This document shows positions 49,601 to 59,132 of a DNA stretch of 64,000 bases, piece after piece (positions within the stretch are counted from its first letter, which is position 1; each line of letters begins with the position of its first letter). This DNA is from an uncultured bacterium. GTDB taxonomy: Bacteria; UBP4; UBA4092. The position numbers and the translations under genes are program-made. Location: NCBI GenBank assembly GCA_963768165.1, contig CAVYHJ010000002.1:52011-116010 (forward strand), read 5' to 3'. The notes below the pieces were generated by a model that saw nothing but the letters and a program-made list of their open reading frames with translations, was not told the origin of the DNA and did no database searches.

Positions 49601-50310
49601 AGAAAACGGGTACGACCTGTACCCGCTTCTCCTTCTACGCTCAATATACCCCGGCGTGCCTCGGGTAAGTTTTTAAAAAATTGTTGCAGTGTTTCAAGTT
49701 CCCTTTCTCGTTCGATAAGTCGTGTATCTGTTTCCTCCGGTAATAGACCGAAAGGTTGGGTTTCATCATGGGTTATCACTTGACCACGTCCCCGTCGTTT
49801 GGCTATGGATGTCCGGCGGTCTGCTGTTTTTAATAGGTCTTCCCCACTGAGCGCATCCTGTGGATAACTCGCTATGCCGATACTTAAGGACAGGGTCAGA
49901 GGGGGATCTCCTACAAAGGGGATTTCCCGCATTTTTTCCAAGATTCGCTGAGCGACTCGAGGAGCTTGGTCCGACGGAGTATTGGGGAGTAACAATAGAA
50001 ACTCATCCCCACCGTAACGAAAAAATAAATCAGTACCTCGGATTAGGTCATAAATTCGATCCGTCAATTCTCTTAATACCTGGTCTCCCCGGACATGACC
50101 ATAGGCATCATTGATACTTTTAAAATAATCCAAATCGATAAAACAAACGGATAAGGGAACACCATAACGTTGGGCTCGTTCTACTTCCTGCCTAAACAGA
50201 GATTGCATCAGTTCGCGGGAATAAGCTCCGGTTACAGGATCGCGGATTAAAGGAAGAACATTAGAGGTATTGGATACAGTCATCCTTTCACTTGGAATAT
50301 CCATTTTCAT
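46606..50310 (-). CDS. GGDEF diguanylate cyclase fused to a degenerate AAA domain, an NB-ARC/STAND ATPase and TPR repeats
   Basis: DLDYFKSINDAYGH, RGTD-x5-GGDEF; GEAGTGRT; GPGGIGKT, LLVIDNFE, GLPLAIELAA; MalT-type TPRs. Confidence 0.9.
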   Translation of the reverse strand: MKMDIPSERMTVSNTSNVLPLIRDPVTGAYSRELMQSLFRQEVERAQRYGVPLSVCFIDLDYFKSINDAYGHVRGDQVLRELTDRIYDLIRGTDLFFRYGGDEFLLLLPNTPSDQAPRVAQRILEKMREIPFVGDPPLTLSLSIGIASYPQDALSGEDLLKTADRRTSIAKRRGRGQVITHDETQPFGLLPEETDTRLIERERELETLQQFFKNLPEARRGILSVEGEAGTGRTRFLAQVSNIAHLLGYWVINLSDSRTLHSRPYGTLLMIQGLEHLSPPVDLKALEKRFETIIKNQSYSGILFVIDNLTVLDYSSFELLRQWIIFGTYPCQAIIYSTVPQYTRTLMNCDLPLKVTIELNPLGTEGLRIFLRNMLHWEPPIEFVNWLHKKTHGIPSIIQHTLKDLISQGKLQETSEKEWALDSTYTTAILKEYEKTIHHNLPALITEFIGRDTELQQANARLDRSRLLTIVGPGGIGKTRLALQIAMSRLAEFEDGIFEIPLATIVEPELVPATIAKILEIKEIGGKTILESLKEYLRDRQMLLVIDNFEQVISASPILNELLNTSPKLKLIVTSREVLRISGESIYQIPVLTEEAAVSLFVTRAQSIQYDFALTEENKISIAQLCKSLDGLPLAIELAAARTREFTIQEMLEQVNKLSFLSVGPRDVASRQQTLRGTMEWGYHLLSGDEQKLFIRLGIFIGGATLEAIESVCTIKENNNSNLRVRLQSLVDKSLIDKQDQRYVMLGTIREFALEKLKESGEETDLQQYHANYYLSLAEKAELELSGPRQKEWLDILEKEYPNLRTALIWAQKTGNKEIGQRLGVALGPFWEVRGYWQEGRSWLESFLKQGQPTDVEKQLNIRISRWLGQLIWLQGNREEPISLLKESLAQCRKHNDKLNMADILQVLGRMYIALQELGQATALLEESLVLYRELRNKLGIATVLRELGWVYTIVRGEHDKAWEMCQESLTLCKEEEDKKGIAQSYLRLGQIARYRGEYDQTVKLLEAQLAIAKELDDKDGISYAIINIAEFARSRQDYERANNLYNQYLEFCRKLGHKRGIAYTLNDLGEVARYQGDYKHASELYEESAQIARQSNDRGPLIWTLRSQGEVALYQKKYLKARKLYTETLDICQSQGGSSQLIIALCLEGLAGAAIGENQPIRAAKLLGAADLLFKACGGMLAMTDQADYQQRITTTRSLLDKTTFESTWEKGRALSMKQAISYALEPITKRTS

Positions 50311-50661
50311 ATATTACCTTAATTCAATACTTTATATCAAGGTTTTGAATTATACTCTTCAATAATTGATGTATTAACATATTTATAATTACGTAAATCT
50401 AACGTGAAAATGACCGATGCAATATAATTTTCAAAATTTAAAATCAATGTATATCTACCACATTTCGAGCATTTATTAATCAATTCGTTGGTTTAAAAAT
50501 TTCTTTCATAGATGTTCTAAGCAGCTATTCTTTTTATTAAGAATAGTAAAAGTATTCTTTTTTAAAATAGGTTATCACCTTGGTAATTTATCTTATGTGC
50601 TATGATTACTAAATTATTTTATTCGTGTGGTTCTTTTATTAACCGGTTATTCATTCATGTA

Positions 50662-50717
50662 AACCAGACAAAAACTGGCAAAGTAAGGTATAATCATTGG
50701 CAGTTTTAGAAAGGAAT
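50662..50717 (+). repeat. ~55-bp direct repeat, copy 2; contains TATAAT and the RBS of the next gene
   Basis: AACCAGACAAAAACTGGCAAAGTAAGGTATAATCATTGGCAGTTTTAGAAAGGAAT, just before ATG 50721. Confidence 0.88.
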
Positions 50718-50720
50718 GCT

Positions 50721-51371
50721 ATGAATCAAAAATTAACTCATGTTCTCCTCAGTATCAGTTTGGTTTCCATCTCATTGGTGGGATGTACATCTATTCCCAC
50801 CCCTGCTCCATCTATTTTACCAAATACCACTTTGGTTCCCGGCCGGGTTGTGGAAGAACCCCCACCCAAATCTATCTTTGACCGGATTCGATTTGCTAAT
50901 GTCCGGCAGGTACAGGGTTTTCGTGAACATGAAGGAAATCCTTTATTAGATAAATCTATGCATATATTTAATATTTGGACTGTAGACAGTTTTCTTGGAA
51001 TGAATTCTGTAACCTATACCGCTGTCCATGGGAAGATGGGATTGTTTACCTCGCTCTCCTCAGACCAAAAGGAAATTATTAGACTCTTAGGGTATCCCGA
51101 CGATATTCGGCATTTTAAAACTATACGAAATAGCCCAATTGACGAATGGCTTTATGAAGACAAGGATTATCAAATCCAGTTTAAAGAAGGACGGCTGGTT
51201 TACTTTGCATCAATTGACCAACAAGCCAAAACTGTGTTGAAGTATGGTCAACCTAATGAAATCATGGTTAGGACGACAAATGATGACAGGCAACATGAAG
51301 TCTACTGGTATCAGCTGCAAAATACAATGATTCTTTTTCAAGACGGAAAACTAGTAGGAATTAGTCAATAA
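50721..51371 (+). CDS. Lipoprotein with two SmpA/BamE-like small domains
   Basis: Lipobox SLVG-C; repeated LGYPD..EWLY..F..GRL / YGQPN..YWY..F..GKL. Confidence 0.7.
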   Translation: MNQKLTHVLLSISLVSISLVGCTSIPTPAPSILPNTTLVPGRVVEEPPPKSIFDRIRFANVRQVQGFREHEGNPLLDKSMHIFNIWTVDSFLGMNSVTYTAVHGKMGLFTSLSSDQKEIIRLLGYPDDIRHFKTIRNSPIDEWLYEDKDYQIQFKEGRLVYFASIDQQAKTVLKYGQPNEIMVRTTNDDRQHEVYWYQLQNTMILFQDGKLVGISQ

Positions 51372-51474
51372 GGAGTCCTTTGAATCCTACCGGTTTAATT
51401 CGTCAGGTATGTTCTTGCACTATTCACACAATGCAGTTTCCGGTATACTATTCAAAAACTTAAAAGGAGAGTGG

Positions 51475-51885
51475 ATGCGGATTGCCTCTAAAATTTCATT
51501 AATTGTAATTATTTTAGGTTCATTTATAATTACGGAAGGATGCGGCGGACAAATGCCATCCTTTCTAAAAATCGTGCATTGGAAAAAAAAGAAATCTCCT
51601 ACGGATTTGGCCGTGGACCATTATGAACAAGGCCAAAAATATGAAGCCGCCGGGAACCGAGATAAGGCAATTGAAGAATTTGAAACAGCACAAAAATTAT
51701 CTCCCCGTCCCATTGTGTATTATAAATTAGGTTTGTTATATGCTGCCAAAGGACAATATGATTTGGCGCGTGCCGATTTTCAAAAAGCGGTGGATTTGAG
51801 TCCAACCTTTGTGGAAGCAAAGAAAGAACTGGCGACTTTGCCTGCCAATACTCCACCCGTGTCGACAGATACAACCGGGAAATAA
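51475..51885 (+). CDS. TPR-containing probable lipoprotein
   Basis: AAGGAG RBS, TEG-C lipobox, two TPRs (YYKLGLLY..GQYDLA..DFQKAVDLSP). Confidence 0.8.
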   Translation: MRIASKISLIVIILGSFIITEGCGGQMPSFLKIVHWKKKKSPTDLAVDHYEQGQKYEAAGNRDKAIEEFETAQKLSPRPIVYYKLGLLYAAKGQYDLARADFQKAVDLSPTFVEAKKELATLPANTPPVSTDTTGK

Positions 51886-51890
51886 TACGC

Positions 51891-52982
51891 TCAGGATAAC
51901 ACTTTCTTCAACCGGTATACGCCCCATATTCCCAATGTGATATTGGCAACCCACGCACTCCATAAGGGAGAAATAATTCCCGACCGACCTAGAGTCAGGC
52001 CATACTGCGATAAAATAATATATAATACCGCCAACAAAATCGCCCAGGCAAATCCTGACGCTGCCTGGGTGCGTGTCATGACTAATCCATATCCCAACCC
52101 AATAAGCGCAAGAATCACAGGTCCTAGTATATTCGCAAATCGTAAGTAATAATATGTGGAAGATTCGCGGGTATCCAACCCTCCTTGCCGCAATAAAATA
52201 ACATGCTCCCGCAATTGACGGGTATTCATTTCTTCGGGTCGTTGCGCGACCTGGATAAAATCCTTGGGAGCAAAAGTCATTTCAAATACCTGCTTGGGTT
52301 TTGTAACTTCTTTTATCAGATTCTGTTGGCTATCGTAAAACCGTTCCCGTAACCCTTCTACAATCCACTGCCGGTTTTTCGAATCCCATGCGGCATGTTG
52401 GATATATGCCTCGGACTGAATTCTGCTGCATGTTGAATTCAATTTTAAAACATGGATATAATTTAAAAATTTGGCTTCCGGCCCCATCAATCCAATACTG
52501 TAAAATTCACCCGATGGGCCCCGTAACCAAGTTTGTTCCTCGGCCACATATCCGCTGGAGGATTGTCGATCAATTTTGACGAGTTTGATGGATTTGGCTT
52601 TTTGAGTTGTCCCGGGTGCAACATATTCGTTCACACTCCAGTACATTAGGGAAATCGCCAGTGCGGTACACAATACCACAAACACCAACCGCATTTGGGA
52701 AATTCCGCTGGCTTGAATGGCTATCAATTCATGGTGCAGATTCAAAGTCAATAATAAAACCAATACAGAAATGACGATTGAGAGGGGTACAATCCGGGTC
52801 AGGGAAGCCGGAATCAGGTATATCAAATATTCCAACACAATCTTTGCCGGGACATGAGATTTGGCTATCGTTTCCAGTTGGTCAACATATTTTAATAACA
52901 ACACCAGTATGATCATCATGAATAACGTGACCGATAGAAATACCAAAAAGGTTTTGAGAATATAGCGGTCTAATATTTTCAT
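51891..52982 (-). CDS. LptF/LptG-family LPS export permease
   Basis: MKILDRYI, ELIAIQASGIS, SAWVAN; 3+3 TM helices. Confidence 0.88.
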   Translation of the reverse strand: MKILDRYILKTFLVFLSVTLFMMIILVLLLKYVDQLETIAKSHVPAKIVLEYLIYLIPASLTRIVPLSIVISVLVLLLTLNLHHELIAIQASGISQMRLVFVVLCTALAISLMYWSVNEYVAPGTTQKAKSIKLVKIDRQSSSGYVAEEQTWLRGPSGEFYSIGLMGPEAKFLNYIHVLKLNSTCSRIQSEAYIQHAAWDSKNRQWIVEGLRERFYDSQQNLIKEVTKPKQVFEMTFAPKDFIQVAQRPEEMNTRQLREHVILLRQGGLDTRESSTYYYLRFANILGPVILALIGLGYGLVMTRTQAASGFAWAILLAVLYIILSQYGLTLGRSGIISPLWSAWVANITLGIWGVYRLKKVLS

Positions 52983-52994
52983 AATTCTGAAGGA

Positions 52995-53831
52995 TTATAA
53001 CAAGATTTGTGTTGCAAAATAAAATGCCGGTACGGTAAATAATAAACTATCAACAATATCCAGTATTCCACCATGCCCGGTATACGTATTCCCAGAATCT
53101 TTCACACCCGCTTGGCGTTTTAAAACAGATTCCACTAAATCACCCAGAACTCCAATCGTTGTTATTACTAGCGTCAACCACAAATTCGTGAAAAAAGAGA
53201 ATCTAAAATGGAAATGATGTGACAGGATAATATGACGGGTAATTCCAGCCGCCAAAAGACTCGTAATAATTCCGCCTATCAATCCTTCGACAGTTTTACC
53301 GGGACTGATTGAGGGACACAATTTGTGTTTCCCAATCACCGAACCGATTAAATAGGCGCCAATATCGCAAAACCAGGTAACTACGATTAGCCAAATAATG
53401 TACCAGGCTCCTAACTCTAATTGCCGTAGATTTAATAATAAAGAAAAAGGCCAGCCAACATATAATAACCCCAATATAGTTACCCCGCTGTTTGCAAAAA
53501 ATGAAGGTGTTGAACCGCAGGAAGATAAAAGATAAGTTATAAAACCTCCCAATAAAATCATCCAAAGAAGAAGAGGAAAAGAAAATGTGAAATAAATTGG
53601 ATAAATTGTATAGACTAAAAAAACCATATAAAACACATACCCCAATGTGTCAAATGGCTGGTATCCCGTTTTCCTCATCAAGCCGTAAAACTCATATAAA
53701 GCCCACAATCCGGCGCTCGCCAGTAGAATGGGAAAAATAAAGGTGTGCTCAAAAAATAAAGCGTAAACAAAAAGAGGAACAAAAATAACCGTACTTAAAA
53801 TACGCAAAAAAAGTTCTTTGGTACGGCTCAT
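52995..53831 (-). CDS. cdsA: Phosphatidate cytidylyltransferase
   Basis: SPGKTVEG, GDLVES.LKR.AGVKDSG...GHGG.LD; ATG overlaps the uppS stop. Confidence 0.95.
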   Translation of the reverse strand: MSRTKELFLRILSTVIFVPLFVYALFFEHTFIFPILLASAGLWALYEFYGLMRKTGYQPFDTLGYVFYMVFLVYTIYPIYFTFSFPLLLWMILLGGFITYLLSSCGSTPSFFANSGVTILGLLYVGWPFSLLLNLRQLELGAWYIIWLIVVTWFCDIGAYLIGSVIGKHKLCPSISPGKTVEGLIGGIITSLLAAGITRHIILSHHFHFRFSFFTNLWLTLVITTIGVLGDLVESVLKRQAGVKDSGNTYTGHGGILDIVDSLLFTVPAFYFATQILL

Positions 53832-54571
53832 CCTACCCGACCAAAACGCCGTTCTCGTTTCTGAAAATCTATAATAGCTTGATAGAGATGTTCCCGCCGG
53901 AATTCCGGCCAGAGGATTTCTGTAAACCATAATTCCGCGTAGGCCAGTTGCCACAATAGAAAATTGCTAATACGTTGTTCACCGCTGGTTCGTATCAGTA
54001 AATCGGGGTCTGGTAAATAAGGTGCGTACAACCGTTGGGCAATGGATTTCTCGGTCACCTCTGTCGACAATATTTCACCGGATTTTATATCTCGAATAAT
54101 TCCATTCACCGCGTCCAATATTTCTGTTCTGCTGCCATAGTTGAACGCTAGATTCAAAATTAATTTGGTATTGTCTTGTGTTGCTTTTTGCGCCACTTCC
54201 ATCGCTTCAAGCACCCGGTCAGGCAACCGTTCTGTACGGCCGGTTAGAATAAGACGTACCCTGTTTTCATTCATCTCCGGGATTTCATCATACAGAAATT
54301 TTTCCATAAGTTTCATTAATGCACTAACTTCGGAAGCGGGTCTCTGCCAGTTTTCCAGAGAAAATGCGTACAGCGTCAGTGCTTTAACACCAACTTCGCA
54401 ACATCCTTCAACGGTATCCCGTACCGACTTAATCCCCCGGCGATGCCCCTCAATCCGCGGGAAATGCCGCTGTTTGGCCCATCGTCCGTTCCCGTCCATA
54501 ATGATAGCAACATGATGGGGCAGGCGTTTTTTGTCAATTTTGGATAGCAATTCTTTTTTATCCAATTTCAT
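53828..54571 (-). CDS. uppS: Undecaprenyl diphosphate synthase
   Basis: IMDGNGRWA, AFSLENWQRP, RTSGEQRISNFLLWQ. Confidence 0.97.
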   Translation of the reverse strand: MKLDKKELLSKIDKKRLPHHVAIIMDGNGRWAKQRHFPRIEGHRRGIKSVRDTVEGCCEVGVKALTLYAFSLENWQRPASEVSALMKLMEKFLYDEIPEMNENRVRLILTGRTERLPDRVLEAMEVAQKATQDNTKLILNLAFNYGSRTEILDAVNGIIRDIKSGEILSTEVTEKSIAQRLYAPYLPDPDLLIRTSGEQRISNFLLWQLAYAELWFTEILWPEFRREHLYQAIIDFQKRERRFGRVG

Positions 54572-54586
54572 CCTTCACCCTTGGAA

Positions 54587-54618
54587 AGATAAAAAGCGGG
54601 CATCACCCGCTTTTTATC
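54587..54618 (-). terminator. Hairpin terminator after frr
   Basis: GATAAAAAGCGGG-catca-CCCGCTTTTTATC. Confidence 0.75.
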
Positions 54619-54666
54619 CATTATTCTATCCGGCCATTCTACGATTTATGCTCACCTTCGTGAGCA

Positions 54667-55227
54667 TCAAACTTCCATGATTTCTTCTTCTTTTTTCTTT
54701 ACCGCTTTATCCACTTCCAGAATATACTTGTCATGCAATTCCTGCGCTTTTTTTTCATTATGTTTTCCATCATCTTCCGGGATTTTCCCCTCTTTTTCCA
54801 ACTTCTTGAACTCTTCCACTGTATGCCTGCGGATATTGCGGATGGAAACTTTTCCCTCCTCCGCCAGTTTATGAACTACCTTGACCAATTCTTTCCGCCG
54901 TTCTTCGGTCAATTGAGGCATGTGTAGCCGAATAATCTTCCCATCGTTTTGCGGGGTAATTCCCAAATCGGATTTTAAAATGGCTTTTTCAATGGCACTT
55001 ACTAATGATGTATCCCACGGTTGAATCTGCATGGTGCGAGGTTCGGGAACCGATAAACTCGCAACTTGTTTGATGGGCATTGGGTTCCCATATGCTTCCA
55101 CTTTGATATTATCCAACAAGGTCAGCAATGCCCTGCCCGTTCGCACCGTCGTGAATTCGTGTTTCGCATTTTCTACGGCTTTCATCATCTTCTCTTCAGT
55201 TTCTTTTAATACTCTATTTGCTTCCAT
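54667..55227 (-). CDS. frr: Ribosome recycling factor
   Basis: RTGRA, LTEERRKELVK, IRNIRR. Confidence 0.97.
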   Translation of the reverse strand: MEANRVLKETEEKMMKAVENAKHEFTTVRTGRALLTLLDNIKVEAYGNPMPIKQVASLSVPEPRTMQIQPWDTSLVSAIEKAILKSDLGITPQNDGKIIRLHMPQLTEERRKELVKVVHKLAEEGKVSIRNIRRHTVEEFKKLEKEGKIPEDDGKHNEKKAQELHDKYILEVDKAVKKKEEEIMEV

Positions 55228-55232
55228 AATGT

Positions 55233-55973
<741 letters not shown>

Positions 55974-55979
55974 TCAAAC

Positions 55980-56849
55980 TTACTTGGATTCTCCAACTTT
56001 GATACGGCCAAACTTAACGATTTTAATCTCGTCACCAATTTCCTTGGATACATTCTGTATATATTGTCCGACAGTTATTTTATCATCTTTGATAAATAAT
56101 TGATCCGTCAGGCAGACCATGGAATAATATTTTGCCAGTTTCCCCTCGGCGATTTTATCTAATATTTTCTCAGGTTTTCCTTCCTGTTTCGCCTGCTCTT
56201 TATATATTTCTTTTTCTTTGTCAATAATCTCTTTGGGGATTTCCGTTCGGCTAACATATTCCGGTGTTTGTGACGCCACCTGCATAGCGATATCACGTAT
56301 AAACGTTTTTACTTTCTCATGAGCAGCAGACACTTCATTCTGTGTCCCGATTTCTACCAGGACACCCAGTTTACTGATTCCGGGCTTGGGACTGGGATGC
56401 AGGTAAGAACCCACAACACCCGCTCCGCTATGATCAAATCGGAAAATTTTACCGACTGAAATATTCTCACCCAGCTTGGCAATCGTTTCTTTAATTTGTT
56501 CTGTAGGAAACTGCTCAGCGGACGAGAATTTCTTCTCTACCGCCAGTTTTAGTAAATCTTTAACCAATGCCTGGAACTGGTCGGTATTCGTAACAAAATC
56601 CGTTTCGCAATTCAGTTCAAACAACAAACCGGATTTGCCGTCTGCGGAGATATGCAGACCTACGCAGCCATCTTTGGCGGCTCGTCCGGCTTTCTTCTCC
56701 GCCGTTGCCGCACCTTTTAATCGCAATATCTCAATTGCTTTCTCGATATCACCCTGTGATTCCACCAGCGCCTTTTTGCAATCCATCATTCCCGCGCCGG
56801 TTTTCTCGCGTAAATCTTGTACTATTTTTGCGTCAATTGTCGTTGCCAT
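55980..56849 (-). CDS. tsf: Elongation factor Ts
   Basis: LREKTGAGMMDCKKAL, NCETDFV. Confidence 0.97.
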   Translation of the reverse strand: MATTIDAKIVQDLREKTGAGMMDCKKALVESQGDIEKAIEILRLKGAATAEKKAGRAAKDGCVGLHISADGKSGLLFELNCETDFVTNTDQFQALVKDLLKLAVEKKFSSAEQFPTEQIKETIAKLGENISVGKIFRFDHSGAGVVGSYLHPSPKPGISKLGVLVEIGTQNEVSAAHEKVKTFIRDIAMQVASQTPEYVSRTEIPKEIIDKEKEIYKEQAKQEGKPEKILDKIAEGKLAKYYSMVCLTDQLFIKDDKITVGQYIQNVSKEIGDEIKIVKFGRIKVGESK

Positions 56850-56908
56850 TAGTTATCCTTTTCTTCAATTTTTATAATCCAAGTAAACGGTTCGAGACTT
56901 TCAAAACC

Positions 56909-57850
56909 TTATTCTTTAAACTCTTCTTCAATCTCCTCGAACTTGTCATCTTTCAACAACTCTTCCACATCTAACAAATCGGGTACTTCCAGTTTATCGT
57001 CTGCTAACCCTTCCAATTCACCTGGCTTGAATGCTGTTTCAGTGATATCCAGTACGAGTGGTACAGCAGACTCTTTCACTGCGTCCGTATCCACAGGAAC
57101 CGCCACAACTCCTTCTGCCGGGACTCCCGTCAGGTCAGAAATTTGTTTTTGCAGTTCCAATCTTCCTTCCAATACTGAATCGGCGATTCGTGAGGTTATC
57201 AATTGCACCGAGCGGATGGCGTCATCATTCGCCGGAACAATCCATTGAATAGGGTCGGGATCGCAATTGGTATCGGTAATCGCGATAATCGGGATACCCA
57301 ATCGGTTGGCTTCCTTCACGGCGATTTCTTCCGTATGAGGGTCAACAATATAAACTGCAGCTGGCAAGCCTTTCATGTTTTTTACACCGCCCAAATTCTT
57401 GTTGAGCTTGTCTTTCTCTTTCATCAACCGCGCAGCTTCCTTTTTCGAACGCAGTGCCAAACTTCCGTCTTGCTCCATTTTTTCTAATAACTGAAGACGC
57501 TTAATGCCTTTGCTGATGGTGGTGTAATTGGTTAACATTCCACCCAGCCAGCGATGGTTCACATAGGGCATTCCCGCACGTTCTGCTTCCAACTTAATGG
57601 TGTCCTGTGCCTGTTTTTTGGTTCCCACAAATAAAACTTCGGCACCGGTGGCGGATGTAACTTTCGCGAATTCACACGCGTCCCGGAACATTTTCATAGT
57701 TTTCTTCAAATCAATGATATAAATATCATTGCGTTCTCCGAAAATAAATTTCGCCATCTTGGGATTCCAACGGCGGGTCTGGTGGCCGAAATGTACTCCG
57801 GCTTCCAAGAATTGCTTGATCGTGACCTGAGCGGCCGACGAACTGGTCAT
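56909..57850 (-). CDS. rpsB: 30S ribosomal protein S2
   Basis: [27 protein letters not shown]; start set at ATG 57850 after GGAGG. Confidence 0.97.
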   Translation of the reverse strand: MTSSSAAQVTIKQFLEAGVHFGHQTRRWNPKMAKFIFGERNDIYIIDLKKTMKMFRDACEFAKVTSATGAEVLFVGTKKQAQDTIKLEAERAGMPYVNHRWLGGMLTNYTTISKGIKRLQLLEKMEQDGSLALRSKKEAARLMKEKDKLNKNLGGVKNMKGLPAAVYIVDPHTEEIAVKEANRLGIPIIAITDTNCDPDPIQWIVPANDDAIRSVQLITSRIADSVLEGRLELQKQISDLTGVPAEGVVAVPVDTDAVKESAVPLVLDITETAFKPGELEGLADDKLEVPDLLDVEELLKDDKFEEIEEEFKE

Positions 57851-57865
57851 AAATACTTCCTCCTG

Positions 57866-57972
57866 TTTTGGGTTTTTGTCTTCCGCTTTTTTCGACTTTC
57901 TTTGTGACCCATCCTTGCCAACCGCTGGGGTCGGACAGACAGGCACCCTCAAAGAAATCCAAAAGCGTGCGG
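57866..57972 (-). ncRNA. rpsB leader (t44/S2-leader-like)
   Basis: CGCACGCTTTT...GGGTGCC...ATGGG...AAAAGCGG...AACCC, matching the stem and GGGU/ACCC pseudoknot layout of the S2 leader. Confidence 0.65.
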
Positions 57973-58104
57973 AATTTTCCCAAGATTTAATTGGGAAAAG
58001 GTGCTTTATTGCCCTAAATAGGGTTCAATAAGCGGTATTCTTTTATATCATAAATGACCCCTTTTGCGCAATCTTTCTCTTGATAAGTTTTATATTCCAA
58101 AGTC

Positions 58105-59115
58105 TCAAGCGGTAGCCTGATTGGCACGAAGGAGTACAGTTTCAATAGTAAATGGAGAATTAATATATTTTTCTCTCATGACAAAGTCAAGGTATTCCAA
58201 TCTTTGGATGGCGGAACGGATCGCTGTCCAAGACCATTTGGAAGAGATATTGGATATTTCCTTTTGAAAATCGGAATTAATAATCAGGTTTTCATCTTTG
58301 GTAATCCTGTAGACCAAAATATCCCGTAACCAAAATAACACCCAATTGTAAAAAATAATAAGCTCCGTGTCGGTGGGAACGTCGGCTTGTTCCACCAAAG
58401 TAAAAATATGTTTAACATCGGATGGCTGGTGTTCCGCCAAAAAAGCATAAAGATTTTGGCGGGATTTCATAAACGATTTATCGGATAACATTTTTGCCAT
58501 GCCGACGGACCCATCGGACAAATTCGCTGCCAACTTTGCAGTCTCTGAGTTGACATTGAATTTTTTTATGAGAAGATTTTTCGTGAGTTCGCGCGACAAC
58601 CGACTGAATTTTACGGATTGGCAACGGGAAACTATTGTAGGTAATAACTGCAAGATATTGGAAGAGACGAGAATCATGATAACGCCGTCGGAGGGTTCTT
58701 CCAAGGTTTTAAGAAGAGCGTTGGCGGACTCCGGGTTCATTCGTTCGGCATCCGGTATAAGATAGACCCGCTGATTTCCACGATAGGAGATCATGAAATT
58801 GGTGTTGCGGATAAAATCACGGAGTTGTTCGATTTTGTATCCAAGCTGCCCTTCCGGCTCCAGCCAAGTAAAATTGGGATGTTCATCCAAAGTAAAACGG
58901 TGACAGGAATCGCATTTCCCACAAGCATCGCCGTCTTCTGTGAGTTTATTACAGAGCAATGCCATGGCAAACCGGCGTGCCACAGTTTCTTTCCCCACAC
59001 CCTCCGGCCCGTGAAATAAATAAGCATGAGCGGGTTGCTCACCGCGGACGATGTTTTGTAAATATCCAACAATCAGCGAGTGTCCGGCAATTTCTTGAAA
59101 GGGTGTGGTTTCCAT
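58105..59115 (-). CDS. holB: DNA polymerase III delta' subunit
   Basis: HAYLFHGPEGVGK, CGKCDSC, ANALLKTLEEP, TIVSRC. Confidence 0.93.
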   Translation of the reverse strand: METTPFQEIAGHSLIVGYLQNIVRGEQPAHAYLFHGPEGVGKETVARRFAMALLCNKLTEDGDACGKCDSCHRFTLDEHPNFTWLEPEGQLGYKIEQLRDFIRNTNFMISYRGNQRVYLIPDAERMNPESANALLKTLEEPSDGVIMILVSSNILQLLPTIVSRCQSVKFSRLSRELTKNLLIKKFNVNSETAKLAANLSDGSVGMAKMLSDKSFMKSRQNLYAFLAEHQPSDVKHIFTLVEQADVPTDTELIIFYNWVLFWLRDILVYRITKDENLIINSDFQKEISNISSKWSWTAIRSAIQRLEYLDFVMREKYINSPFTIETVLLRANQATA

Positions 59116-59132
59116 TATTTATATTCCGTTCA

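Noticed and set aside
57851-57952. N-terminal extensions of rpsB (also cdsA 53832..53954, 22989..23042, 50697..50720, 51409..51474)
   Set aside because: ORF-caller over-extension; better RBS/ATG pairs lie downstream and the rpsB extension is the leader RNA.
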